64,000 nt of DNA, from positions 25,960 to 89,959 of IMG/VR virus record IMGVR_UViG_3300032242_001235; one strand, 5' to 3'. Position numbers and translations under genes: made by a program. Numbering within the stretch: position 1 is the stretch's first letter; each line of letters begins with the position of its first letter. This DNA is from a virus. Shown piece after piece: positions 48,921 to 58,698 of the stretch. The notes below the pieces were generated by a model. That model saw nothing but the letters and a program-made list of their open reading frames with translations. It was not told where the DNA came from and did no database searches.

Positions 48921-49763
48921 ATGCAGAATTTACCAGTCTATTTATATCCAAATTCCTTCACCACCATACTGGATTTGGATCCCACCGTTCGAGGAGTTAA
49001 TCGAGTTATGTATCAACGAGACCTTAAAGTACAAAAAGGTATTAAAAATCAAATCAGGGTTCAATTCAAGAACAGTGATCAAAAACGCATTTCCATAAGC
49101 AATACCACTACTTTTGTATTCACTATGTTTGATGCTATCGAACGCCGTCAACTGGTTCAGAAACAGTTAACTGTGCTAGACGATGGAGTAAAATTATCAC
49201 TTCGTGGGGTAGCACAATTGACCTTTACAGAAAGTGACACTATTGATCTTAAAGTGGGCAGCTATCAATTTAGTATCACACAACAAGACCCGAGCGATGG
49301 AACATTCTTGCCTGCCTACAGCAACACCTATTACGGTATTGCCGGAACATTGGAAATATTGGAAGACATTTATCCAGTATTACAACCTAGCCAAGAAGTA
49401 ACTGCATTTACACAGACTCTTAATTTGAGCACCAACTTGTACAACTATTCTACTGGTAATATCTATGCTTACCCAGAGTACAATGGTAATACCGCATTGC
49501 ACACAATGGCAATGTACATGACTAGGTTTAGAGGAACTGTATTAATTCAAGGCACTCTATCAAACGATCCAAGAAGTACTGATTGGTACAGTACAATTAC
49601 CACTTTAACTTATGATAATTTCACAGGAGTTGATTATTCAAACTTCAATGGAATCTATACATATGTTCGAGTAATTTTTATCCCTGCTGCTAACCCAATT
49701 ACCAATATGAACGATGATTCAGGTTACTCAGGTTCATTTGACAAACTACTGTATAGATGCTAA
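48921..49763 (+). CDS. Late hypothetical protein, beta-rich, probably virion structural
   Basis: TAAATA (48910-48915) 5 nt upstream; Ig-like beta pattern in the N-terminal half. Confidence 0.55.
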   Translation: MQNLPVYLYPNSFTTILDLDPTVRGVNRVMYQRDLKVQKGIKNQIRVQFKNSDQKRISISNTTTFVFTMFDAIERRQLVQKQLTVLDDGVKLSLRGVAQLTFTESDTIDLKVGSYQFSITQQDPSDGTFLPAYSNTYYGIAGTLEILEDIYPVLQPSQEVTAFTQTLNLSTNLYNYSTGNIYAYPEYNGNTALHTMAMYMTRFRGTVLIQGTLSNDPRSTDWYSTITTLTYDNFTGVDYSNFNGIYTYVRVIFIPAANPITNMNDDSGYSGSFDKLLYRC

Positions 49764-49766
49764 AAT
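49738..49766 (+). promoter_or_regulatory. Sigma70-type promoter with extended -10
   Basis: TTGACA, 17 bp ending in TGC, TAAAAT (49761-49766); primase ATG 5 nt downstream. Confidence 0.75.
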
Positions 49767-49771
49767 AGTGC

Positions 49772-50773
49772 ATGAACGAAATACAGGGAACCCTGTTAGC
49801 ACTATTGCCGCCAAAAAGAAAGACTACCCCAAGCGGGTGGACCAGCTTCAACGCGGTTTGTTGCCATAATACTGGAAATAAACGAGATACTAGAGGCCGT
49901 GGTGGTGTCATGACCACACCAGAAGGCGGCTGGAGTTATCATTGTTTTAACTGTGGATTCAAAGCAGGTTGGAGTCCAGGTAAACAACTTAGTAAAAATA
50001 CTAAAAACTTATTCACTTGGCTAGGGTTGAGTGACTTTGAATTGGGCAAACTGAATCTAGCAGTTTTAAAGATCAAAGACGATCAACCAGTTTTTAAGAA
50101 ACCTCTTAACTTCATATTGGAGGAACGGCCACTACCTGATGACTGTCTTCCTATAGATACTTGGATATCTGAAGGTTGTCAAGATCTAGAATTACTGGAT
50201 GTAATTACATATCTAGTGGATCAACGCAAGGTTGGTTGGGAATGGTATAATTGGCATTGGAGTGCTGCTCCTGGATATAGAGATAGAGTTATTATTCCAT
50301 TTTATCATGAAGGTAAAATTGTAGGTTATACTGGGCGTAAGATTAAAGATGGTAAACCTAAATATCTAACAGATGCACAACCTGGATATGTCTTTAACAT
50401 AGACGCCCAAACTAACGATAGACAATTTGTTATTGTTGTTGAAGGACAATTTGATGCCATTGCAATTGACGGTTGTGCCATAATGCATAACGAGCCAAAT
50501 GAAACACAATGTCTACGCCTGAACACATTGGGGCGAGAAGTTATTGTAGTTCCAGATCGTGATAGGCCCGGTGCCAAGTTAATCAAAGCGGCCATAGACA
50601 ATAAGTGGAGTGCCAGTTTGCCACCGTGGGAAGATGATATTAAGGATGTGGCAGATGCTGTTAAAAGATACGGCAGACTATATGTGTTAACCACAATATT
50701 GCATTACAAGGTCAGTGGCGAGATAAATTTACATCTACTTAAAAAGAAACTAGAAGCAATAAACGATGAATAA
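49772..50773 (+). CDS. gp61: DNA primase (T4 gp61-like)
   Basis: Zn-binding 'NAVCC...YHCFNCG', 'RVIIPF...YTGR', TOPRIM 'VEGQFDA' and 'PDRD'. Confidence 0.88.
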   Translation: MNEIQGTLLALLPPKRKTTPSGWTSFNAVCCHNTGNKRDTRGRGGVMTTPEGGWSYHCFNCGFKAGWSPGKQLSKNTKNLFTWLGLSDFELGKLNLAVLKIKDDQPVFKKPLNFILEERPLPDDCLPIDTWISEGCQDLELLDVITYLVDQRKVGWEWYNWHWSAAPGYRDRVIIPFYHEGKIVGYTGRKIKDGKPKYLTDAQPGYVFNIDAQTNDRQFVIVVEGQFDAIAIDGCAIMHNEPNETQCLRLNTLGREVIVVPDRDRPGAKLIKAAIDNKWSASLPPWEDDIKDVADAVKRYGRLYVLTTILHYKVSGEINLHLLKKKLEAINDE

Positions 50774-52235
50774 AAAAGAAAAACAACCTAAACCAAATTA
50801 TGACTTTGCAATGCAGAAGTTATATATTGAGATGTTCCTGAGTGATGCAGAAACATTTATTCGCTGCCAAAATATCTTTGAACCATTAAACTTTGATCAA
50901 AGATTACAAACTGCGGCGGAATTTATCACAAAATATGTAGATGAATATAAAGTAATGCCTGAGGCAAATATTGTCAACGCAGCCACTAGAAGTGAGTTTG
51001 AAGCCATTACATTACCGAGAGAGAACTATAGTTGGCTAATGGACGAGTTTGAAAACTTTAGTCGTCATAAAGGACTTGAGCGAGCAATTATTGAATCCAG
51101 TGATTTGTTAGAAGCTGGTGATTATGGTCCAGTTGAAAAGTTGATTAAGGATGCTATTCAGATCAGTTTAAACAAAGACATGGGTACTGATTACTTTGAA
51201 GATCCTCGAGCTCGTTTGATGAAGCTGAAGGACAATAATGGACAAATTAGTACAGGATGGCCCAGTGTGGATAAGAAACTGTATGGTGGTTTCAATAGAG
51301 GTGAGTTGAATATTTTCTGTGCGGCATCAGGTGGTGGTAAGAGTTTGTTCTTAGCCAACATGGGTGTTAATTGGGCATTGATGGGATTGAATGTAATTTA
51401 CTTGACATTTGAGTTGAGTGAGAATTTGGTCAGTATGCGACTTGATAGTATGACTACAGGTATTGGTACTAGAGAAATTTTCCGAAACATTGATGATGTG
51501 GAATTGAAGGTTAAAATGTTGGGAAAACGCAGTGGACACCTGCAAGTTAAGTATATGCCTTCAGGAAAAAATTGTAATGATATTCGAGCCTATTTGAAGG
51601 AATATCAGGTGAAAACTGGAGTGAAACCAGACGTTATTCTCATCGATTACCTTGATTTAATGATGCCTTTATCAGTGAAGGTAAGTCCCAGCGATTTGTT
51701 TGTAAAAGACAAATATGTGTCTGAAGAGATTAGAAACTTGGCAATGGAAACACAATGTATTACGGTTACAGCTAGTCAGTTGAATCGTAGTGCTGTTGAG
51801 GAAATTGAATTTGATCACAGTCACATTAGTGGTGGTTTGTCAAAGATTATGACTGCGGATAATGTGATTGGTATCTTTACAAGTCGAGCAATGAAGGAAC
51901 GAGGCCGCTATCAAATACAGTTTATGAAAACTCGTTCTAGTAGTGGTGTTGGACAAAAGGTTGATTTGGAATTCAATATTGATACTCTACGAATTAATGA
52001 TTTAGACGAGGAAGAAGAAGGCAGCTTTAATCAACAGCGTAGTAGTGCCAACAGTCAGGCAACTAGCAATGTATTAAATGGATTGAAACGAACTAGTGTA
52101 GTTAGTACATCCTCAACAGGAGAGCTTGATGTAACATCTGCTCCCTGGGCAACTGATAAACCCAAAGCAGGTATTAAATCAGCAGGCCCAATGATTCGTA
52201 ATATGTTGAATAATTTGAATCCTGAAAAGGATTAA
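50766..52235 (+). CDS. gp41: Replicative DnaB-like helicase (T4 gp41-like)
   Basis: Walker A AASGGGKS, 'YLTFEL', 'IDYLDL', 'TASQLNR', 'MKTR'. Confidence 0.92.
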   Translation: MNKKEKQPKPNYDFAMQKLYIEMFLSDAETFIRCQNIFEPLNFDQRLQTAAEFITKYVDEYKVMPEANIVNAATRSEFEAITLPRENYSWLMDEFENFSRHKGLERAIIESSDLLEAGDYGPVEKLIKDAIQISLNKDMGTDYFEDPRARLMKLKDNNGQISTGWPSVDKKLYGGFNRGELNIFCAASGGGKSLFLANMGVNWALMGLNVIYLTFELSENLVSMRLDSMTTGIGTREIFRNIDDVELKVKMLGKRSGHLQVKYMPSGKNCNDIRAYLKEYQVKTGVKPDVILIDYLDLMMPLSVKVSPSDLFVKDKYVSEEIRNLAMETQCITVTASQLNRSAVEEIEFDHSHISGGLSKIMTADNVIGIFTSRAMKERGRYQIQFMKTRSSSGVGQKVDLEFNIDTLRINDLDEEEEGSFNQQRSSANSQATSNVLNGLKRTSVVSTSSTGELDVTSAPWATDKPKAGIKSAGPMIRNMLNNLNPEKD

Positions 52236-52792
52236 AACCAGTTAGATACTTGATGATGGGCTGCTAATTCCAATGCAGCAGTCCATTGATCATCACCCTG
52301 TCCCGTAAAGATAATATCTGATGTACTAGGTGCAACTAGCCATCTATGTGATACAGACTTATCTTTATCATTCAACATTCTATCAAGCATACCATTATAC
52401 CAGTGCCAATGTCCTGCACATGCTCTAAATTGAGAAGGGCCTCTCCCTTCTGATAATGCTAAGAGTATACTTGTATCGCTAGTAATTGCCAATTCATCGT
52501 TTAGTGACATAGTGCTACGGCCAAACCAATCTAATGAATGTATGATATGTATTTTGTTTACGGCATTATTCCCACCTAAAAATACAGTATCACTAGTATT
52601 TGGATAATCGATATTACTACTGGCAGAAATATCTTCCAAGTTCATACTTTCCAAAGGATTATTAATTTGTAATCCTACGGCAGTATCTTTGGTGTGATTC
52701 AACAATAGTATCACACTATTGTAAAGATTATCTCTGGGGTTGGTCGGATTTGATACTAACAAATGACCAGGAAATTTTTTGTCTAATGGCAT
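52232..52792 (-). CDS. YqgE/AlgH (DUF179) family protein
   Basis: 'GHLLVS.P', 'SVILL..H....VGL.IN.P', 'VFLGG', 'G..W..G.L', 'W..AL'; reverse TAAATA at 52801-52806. Confidence 0.8.
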   Translation of the reverse strand: MPLDKKFPGHLLVSNPTNPRDNLYNSVILLLNHTKDTAVGLQINNPLESMNLEDISASSNIDYPNTSDTVFLGGNNAVNKIHIIHSLDWFGRSTMSLNDELAITSDTSILLALSEGRGPSQFRACAGHWHWYNGMLDRMLNDKDKSVSHRWLVAPSTSDIIFTGQGDDQWTAALELAAHHQVSNWF

Positions 52793-52835
52793 ATTAAAAA
52801 TATTTATATGTTCAATTTCTACAAAGGTAATATCA

Positions 52836-52843
52836 TATAAATA
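52836..52843 (+). promoter_or_regulatory. T4-type late promoter TATAAATA
   Basis: Exact match, 5 nt before ATG 52849. Confidence 0.75.
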
Positions 52844-52848
52844 AATTT

Positions 52849-53550
52849 ATGCAATTTACTGAATTCTCCTCCCCTGTTGGTCATAATAAAACTTTAAATC
52901 CTAAAATATGGGACTTGAATAAAAATAGACTAGAATCTGCTGTCAAAGGTGCATTGATTCGTATTGCAGCAGACTTTGAGGAGTTTGTAGAAGTTCCGTT
53001 AGATGTTATTGATTTAAGAATAACTGGCGGCAATGCCAATTACAATTATACTGAACACAGTGATATAGATCTTCATTTGATTGCAGACTTTAGTAAAGTT
53101 CAATGTGACCGTACAGTTGCGGAATTAATGGACACTAAACGATTATTGTATAAACGAACATACAAACTTGATGTCATGGGAATTCCTGTAGAACTTTATG
53201 TAGAAGACAAAGATCATCCAGCAGTTAGTGCAGGCTGTTACAGTATACTACATGACGAATGGATTAAGGAACCCAATCCCAATATTCCAGAATATGACAA
53301 GAAGGAATTGGCACATTGGGTCAGTGTTTGGGAAACAATTATTAAAAATGCTTTAGACTCTAAGTCTTTACATGTGGCACGAACTAGTATAAAATTGTTA
53401 AGAGACTACAGGAAACTGGGTCTTAAAACTAAGATGGGTGAATTTAGTATTCCCAATCTAGTATACAAGAGTTTGAGAAACGATAAACTATTAGAAAAAT
53501 TACAAAGTTTTATCGATCAAGCACATGACCAAGAACTTAGCCTAAAGTAA
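52849..53550 (+). CDS. Pol-beta superfamily nucleotidyltransferase
   Basis: 'ITGGNANYNY...SDIDLH' (hG[GS]x9-13DhD) and third acidic residue in 'PVELYV'. Confidence 0.8.
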   Translation: MQFTEFSSPVGHNKTLNPKIWDLNKNRLESAVKGALIRIAADFEEFVEVPLDVIDLRITGGNANYNYTEHSDIDLHLIADFSKVQCDRTVAELMDTKRLLYKRTYKLDVMGIPVELYVEDKDHPAVSAGCYSILHDEWIKEPNPNIPEYDKKELAHWVSVWETIIKNALDSKSLHVARTSIKLLRDYRKLGLKTKMGEFSIPNLVYKSLRNDKLLEKLQSFIDQAHDQELSLK

Positions 53551-53551
53551 T

Positions 53552-54073
53552 ATGCCAAATAAAAAACAAACCCTTTACATAGATATGGACGGAGTAGTAG
53601 CTGACTTTGATGGCTATGCAGAATATGTCCTACGCGGATCAAAAGATGAACACGGCGCTTGGCCTGAGAAGGAATGGACTAAACTTCGAGATGTACCTAA
53701 TCTATATCGCTACTTACCAAAAATGCGACATGCAGATCGATTGATCACATTGGCAAGACGATTCCGTGATGAATTAGGTTGGAATTTATACTTCCTCACC
53801 GCAGTTCCTAAAAACGATGATGTTCATGATGCTTATCAAGATAAAGTCCTTTGGGTATTAGACTACTACCCTGATATCAAAGTTAGATTTGGTCCGCATA
53901 GTTGGGACAAACAAAAACATTGTAAACCAGGTGACATACTAGTCGATGATCGAACTAGTAATTGTGCAGAATGGAACAATGCTGGCGGCATTGCAATTAA
54001 GGTGACGAAGGACTACCAAGTAGCCCTAAGTCAACTAGAACAACAACTGATTACTCAGTTGGCGGCAGTGTAA
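53552..54073 (+). CDS. HAD-family 5'(3')-deoxyribonucleotidase (NT5C-like)
   Basis: 'YIDMDGVVADF', 'FLTA', 'K..W', 'ILVDDR..N..EW..AGG'. Confidence 0.88.
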   Translation: MPNKKQTLYIDMDGVVADFDGYAEYVLRGSKDEHGAWPEKEWTKLRDVPNLYRYLPKMRHADRLITLARRFRDELGWNLYFLTAVPKNDDVHDAYQDKVLWVLDYYPDIKVRFGPHSWDKQKHCKPGDILVDDRTSNCAEWNNAGGIAIKVTKDYQVALSQLEQQLITQLAAV

Positions 54074-54446
54074 TTGATACTGTTGCCCAATCCTTTGTCT
54101 CATCACTCCAATAATACGCAGTACCTTCTGGAGCATCTGTAGGCATCGGTCTCGGTGGTTCCCATGTCCATGTATTAGGATTTAGTATCCATGTATCATG
54201 CGGACATGGTGAATAAAATACATCAGCACCGCTATCATAGATATATCCAATTCCCGCATAATTCCCCCTTACTGGTTCTTTACCAGAAGGCAGACCATCT
54301 GGTCCATAATGAACATTGCCACGAGTATTGTAGCTAGTTTGTACCCAGCGACCTGGACTTGTATCTTGTAAAATGTCAAAGAATTCGGGTTCAGCAACAA
54401 TTACTTGTTGAACGACACCGTTTAAAACTTTTGCAAAATGACCCAT
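54051..54446 (-). CDS. Phage 'MxHFA' protein; possible fibre partner or chaperone
   Basis: MGHFAKV.NGVV.QVIVA, 'WVQTSYNT', 'RGNYAGIGY.YD...D.F', 'PxP....YYW.DE'; AAGGA RBS; paralogue of 17504-18031. Confidence 0.65.
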   Translation of the reverse strand: MGHFAKVLNGVVQQVIVAEPEFFDILQDTSPGRWVQTSYNTRGNVHYGPDGLPSGKEPVRGNYAGIGYIYDSGADVFYSPCPHDTWILNPNTWTWEPPRPMPTDAPEGTAYYWSDETKDWATVSITLPPTE

Positions 54447-54468
54447 AATTTATTTTCCTTAATATTAT

Positions 54469-57400
54469 TTAAGCGATATATGCACCGCTTGCTGTAAATG
54501 CGTGTACCCAATATGTGTTAGTACCCGAAGTGAAACTTGCTACCAAACCACCAGTGCCACGCTGTGTGACACTTTGATAAGAGATGACAACAACTCCGCT
54601 ACCACCAGCACCACCAACTAGACCAGAGGCACCGCCACCACCAGTATATCGTAGTCCCGACTCTCCATTCAATCCTGAGACGTGTCTACCACCACCACCA
54701 AAGCCTCCAGGAGCAGTACTACTATTGTAAGTTGCGTTTCCGGCACCACCACCAGCAAAGTAAACCGCACTAGTAGCAGTAATATATTCACCAATACCTA
54801 ATGCTACGGCTGTTGCAGTTGCAAGTACAGTAGTCTGTGTTCCAGTACCACCGAATCCGCCAAGTGCATCTTGTCCAGTTTGTCCTGGTCCAATTGCTCC
54901 GCCACCGCCACCACCAGATCCGTGAACATACGAACAGCCAGTTCCTGGAACAGCACCGCCGTTCCATCCTTGTCCTGGGGTACCAGCAGCACCAGCAGTA
55001 AATCCACCAGCAACAATTGCTCCACCACCAGATCCACCAGATAGTGCAGTACCGCCACCACCAATAGCAGTTAATGTTTTTCCAAACAAGTTCAATATTG
55101 AGTTATTACCGTTTGTAGGTGAACCGCCAGCAGTACCGCCGCCACCAACTGTTATAGAATAGCTAGTTCCTGGAACAACTTGACTAGAATTACTTGCGCA
55201 TACTAATACACCACCAGCTCCACCACCACCGTAACCAACACCTGGTCCGCTGCCTGTAGTAGTACCAGCACCACCGCCAGCAACAACTAGATAGTTGACG
55301 CTATACGGAGCAATCATAATTAATGAACCGGTTGCAGTAAATGTATGTACCCAATATTGAGTTGTGCCTGTTGTGTATGTTGAAACTGTTCCGCCAGCAG
55401 CTAATTGTGAAGTGCTTGGATATGAAATAATAACAACTCCACTACCACCAGCAGCTGATGCTCCGCTACCATTTCCGTTACCGCCACCACCGCCACCACC
55501 AGTGTATGCTTTTCCAGCTCCGCCTGCGCCACTAGCACTACCGTTAGCTCCTCCACCAAGTCCGCCAACGCCACCGCATCCAGAACCAGTGTTGAGACCG
55601 CCGCCGCCACCGCCGCCAAACCAAACAGTTCCTCCGCTAACTACACCAACATTTAATGATGTAGCAAGACATGTAGTGATAATTGTGCTAGATGTGCCAA
55701 TTCCTCCATTACCGCCTTTTTGGCTAGGTGATATAGTACCAGTGCCGCCAACTCCGCCAGCACCACCACCACCACCGCCTGGATAATTTGGAGCAAATGA
55801 TCCGTTTGATCCACCTGCATAACCTTGACCTAATACTCCATTACCGCCAAAGGTTAACTGAGTTGATGATTGACCACCACCACCACCTGATCCGCCAGGG
55901 CCGCCGTTGGCTGCTCCACTATATGCGCCATAACCACCGCCCACAGCAGTGATCGAGAATCCCATATTAGTTAATGTACTACTAACCCCCGGTGATGCGT
56001 TTGCACCATTTGCTCCTGCTCCACCAGATCCAACATATATTGTATAAGTTGCACCAGTTAACATAGGTACAACACCTTGTAGTACACCACCTGCACCACC
56101 GCCGGCCTGTGCACCGCCACCTCCACCGCCAACTACCAAATAGTTTACTACAACAACTGTGGCTGTGTATGGTATAACACTTAATGTACTTGTTGTTGTG
56201 AAGACATGTGTCCACTTAGCACCGCAGGAAAATGCCACTAAATTACCACCTTGCATTAATGGTTGTGAGTTATTATACGATACCATAGCAATACCAGATC
56301 CACCAGCACCGCCACTTCCACCACCACCACCAGCACCTCCGCCACCGCCGCCTCCAGTAAATGCCTTAGCAGGTGCACCAGAGTTACAACTTACGGTAGC
56401 ACCTTCACCACCACCGCCATATCCACCAGCCGCATTTGAATGACCAAATGGTCCATATCCACCACCGCCACCACCGCCTGCAAAGTATACAGCGTTAGTA
56501 GCAGTAACATATTGACCAATACCAAATGTTAATGCCATACTAGTGGTAATAAATGTGGTACTAAGACCTACGCCACCTGTACCTGGAATAGTATTAGTTG
56601 TTCCAGTAGTTCCTGGACCACCTGCACCACCGCCACCTCCAGCATAACTTGATGAACCAACGGATGCTCCGCCAGCAAATCCTTGACCTGCTGTTCCAGA
56701 ACCATTATATGCGCTGGCACCATTACCATATGATCCGCCACCAGAACCACCTGAATGGTTACCAGTATTTCCAGTGCCAGCTCCAGCTCCTCCACCAATT
56801 GCAACTAATCCAAACGCTGTAGCATTAGTACCTGAAGTGCCAGTTGCACCGCCTGCACCGCCTGGACCTACACCAATTGTGTATGTTGAGCCACCAAGTA
56901 TAGTTGTAACACCAGTTAGTAGACCACCTCCACCACCACCGCCACCAAAGTTTGCTCCAGAACCACCTCCACCTGCAACTAGTAGATATTTGACAGCATA
57001 AGTTGCAGTAGTGACAGCAACACTTACAGCACCACTTGATGTGAATACATGGGTAAAGTATGTTAATCCGCCTTGGCAATATGTGTATAATGTGCCACCA
57101 GTTATTTTTTGCGTAGTAGATTGGTAATTTAAAATTACTGCTCCAGATCCACCAGAACCGTTATATGTTCCGTTTAATGGACCACCGCCGCCACCGCCGC
57201 CAGTAAATGGTAGACCAGAAACAACAGTAGTTGTAGATGTGGATCCGTTTCCACCACCGCCTAATCCACCAAGACCAACGGCATATATACCTCTAACATC
57301 ACCAGCACCGCCTCCGCCACCTGCAACATAAGTTGCATTGGTAGCAGTAATATACTGGCCAATACCCATAGTGATTGATTGGGTAGTTGAAATAATTGAA

Positions 57401-58638
57401 ACAGTAGTACCAGATCCACCATTACCACCAGATCCACTGACAATAGCAGCAGCACCAATTCCTCCTGCTCCAGCGCCACCACCACCTGCACCATAATAGT
57501 TAGCGTCAAATTTTCCAAGTCCGCCGGCGATAGTTGTGCCATCTGGGTTTTTATAGGATCCACCAACACTGGCACTACCTGCGGCAAACGGAGTAGCTGT
57601 GTTATATGCTACTGTTCCGTTTGCAGTATATGTGTAATTACCGCTGGTATCAGTTATGTATGTACCACTAGTTACTGATTTTAATAATAACGGTGTTGCA
57701 ATACCACTACCAGTAATCAAGTTTAATGGCACTGTTGAAACTGCAAATGTGGCGGTGTATAACGCTGTACCAGTTACAATTCTTACATTGCTGACATAGC
57801 CGTTAAATGCGGCACTCATACTAGTACTGTTACCACCACTAGTAATACCATCAAAGTTAAACAATGTAGGATTTAATGTTAATGATCCAGCAGGGCCTTG
57901 ACCAGCTGGCATGGCGACGTTTGCTGATGCATTTGCGTTGGCGTTAGTTGTAGTGCCTTTAACACCGTTTAAGAAAAAATACCAGTTATTACTGGCATCT
58001 CGAGACATAGCTACATGATTCCAAGTGTTTAATGTAGGGAAACCTAATCCTGCCCCATAAGCAAAGTTACCGCCATATCCGCTAACTGGACTGTAAATAA
58101 ATACCAGTCCTGGATTAATACCCACATTCAATGCGTTGGTTGTATCAAATATACCAATGCCCCATGCTGTCGCATATGCGCTACCACCCGGTTCACCTAA
58201 TATTATATTTCGACCAGCAGCAGTCATATAAACCCATGCTTCGAAAGTAAATGCTCCAGACAATACTAATGATGTTGAGCTGGGTGATAGATAGTTTGCA
58301 CCGCCACCGTTGGCAAAGATTGATCCGCCAGATAATACAGTACCTGCTGTTGCGCCACCTCCGCCTACAGCAGTACCAAATGGCACTGCACTTACTACTG
58401 AACTATTACCTTGTGTTGATCCAGCACCACCAGCGCCGACTGTAACATAATAAGTTGAATTTACATTTAAGCAAGTAGATCCTGTGATGAGACTACCTCC
58501 AGCGCCGCCGCTTCCGCCAGCAACTACACCGATACTACCGCCGCCACCGCCGCCCAGTATCAGATAATTTAAACTTATTGTAGGATCAGCTTGAACTCTG
58601 ATTCCAGACCCAATAACAACTCCGCCAGATATGATCAT
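54469..58638 (-). CDS. Multidomain adhesin-like protein: four polyglycine domains plus one LamG domain
   Basis: Four YL(I/L/V)(L/V)(A/G)GGG...HxFT units; 'AFTFEAWVY...WNHVAMSR...GYVSNVR' LamG inside the first unit; reverse TAAATA at 58661-58666. Confidence 0.8.
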   Translation of the reverse strand: MIISGGVVIGSGIRVQADPTISLNYLILGGGGGGSIGVVAGGSGGAGGSLITGSTCLNVNSTYYVTVGAGGAGSTQGNSSVVSAVPFGTAVGGGGATAGTVLSGGSIFANGGGANYLSPSSTSLVLSGAFTFEAWVYMTAAGRNIILGEPGGSAYATAWGIGIFDTTNALNVGINPGLVFIYSPVSGYGGNFAYGAGLGFPTLNTWNHVAMSRDASNNWYFFLNGVKGTTTNANANASANVAMPAGQGPAGSLTLNPTLFNFDGITSGGNSTSMSAAFNGYVSNVRIVTGTALYTATFAVSTVPLNLITGSGIATPLLLKSVTSGTYITDTSGNYTYTANGTVAYNTATPFAAGSASVGGSYKNPDGTTIAGGLGKFDANYYGAGGGGAGAGGIGAAAIVSGSGGNGGSGTTVSIISTTQSITMGIGQYITATNATYVAGGGGGAGDVRGIYAVGLGGLGGGGNGSTSTTTVVSGLPFTGGGGGGGPLNGTYNGSGGSGAVILNYQSTTQKITGGTLYTYCQGGLTYFTHVFTSSGAVSVAVTTATYAVKYLLVAGGGGSGANFGGGGGGGGLLTGVTTILGGSTYTIGVGPGGAGGATGTSGTNATAFGLVAIGGGAGAGTGNTGNHSGGSGGGSYGNGASAYNGSGTAGQGFAGGASVGSSSYAGGGGGAGGPGTTGTTNTIPGTGGVGLSTTFITTSMALTFGIGQYVTATNAVYFAGGGGGGGYGPFGHSNAAGGYGGGGEGATVSCNSGAPAKAFTGGGGGGGAGGGGGSGGAGGSGIAMVSYNNSQPLMQGGNLVAFSCGAKWTHVFTTTSTLSVIPYTATVVVVNYLVVGGGGGGAQAGGGAGGVLQGVVPMLTGATYTIYVGSGGAGANGANASPGVSSTLTNMGFSITAVGGGYGAYSGAANGGPGGSGGGGGQSSTQLTFGGNGVLGQGYAGGSNGSFAPNYPGGGGGGAGGVGGTGTISPSQKGGNGGIGTSSTIITTCLATSLNVGVVSGGTVWFGGGGGGGLNTGSGCGGVGGLGGGANGSASGAGGAGKAYTGGGGGGGNGNGSGASAAGGSGVVIISYPSTSQLAAGGTVSTYTTGTTQYWVHTFTATGSLIMIAPYSVNYLVVAGGGAGTTTGSGPGVGYGGGGAGGVLVCASNSSQVVPGTSYSITVGGGGTAGGSPTNGNNSILNLFGKTLTAIGGGGTALSGGSGGGAIVAGGFTAGAAGTPGQGWNGGAVPGTGCSYVHGSGGGGGGAIGPGQTGQDALGGFGGTGTQTTVLATATAVALGIGEYITATSAVYFAGGGAGNATYNSSTAPGGFGGGGRHVSGLNGESGLRYTGGGGASGLVGGAGGSGVVVISYQSVTQRGTGGLVASFTSGTNTYWVHAFTASGAYIA

Positions 58639-58698
58639 AACACAAAACCCTTCTATGCGTTATTTAGTAGAAAATTTGCCCAGCACATTGCAATTTCT

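Noticed and set aside
33378-52235. Inteins or introns in terminase, UvsX, UvsW, primase or helicase
   Set aside because: All are normal length with contiguous motifs and no splice-junction signatures.
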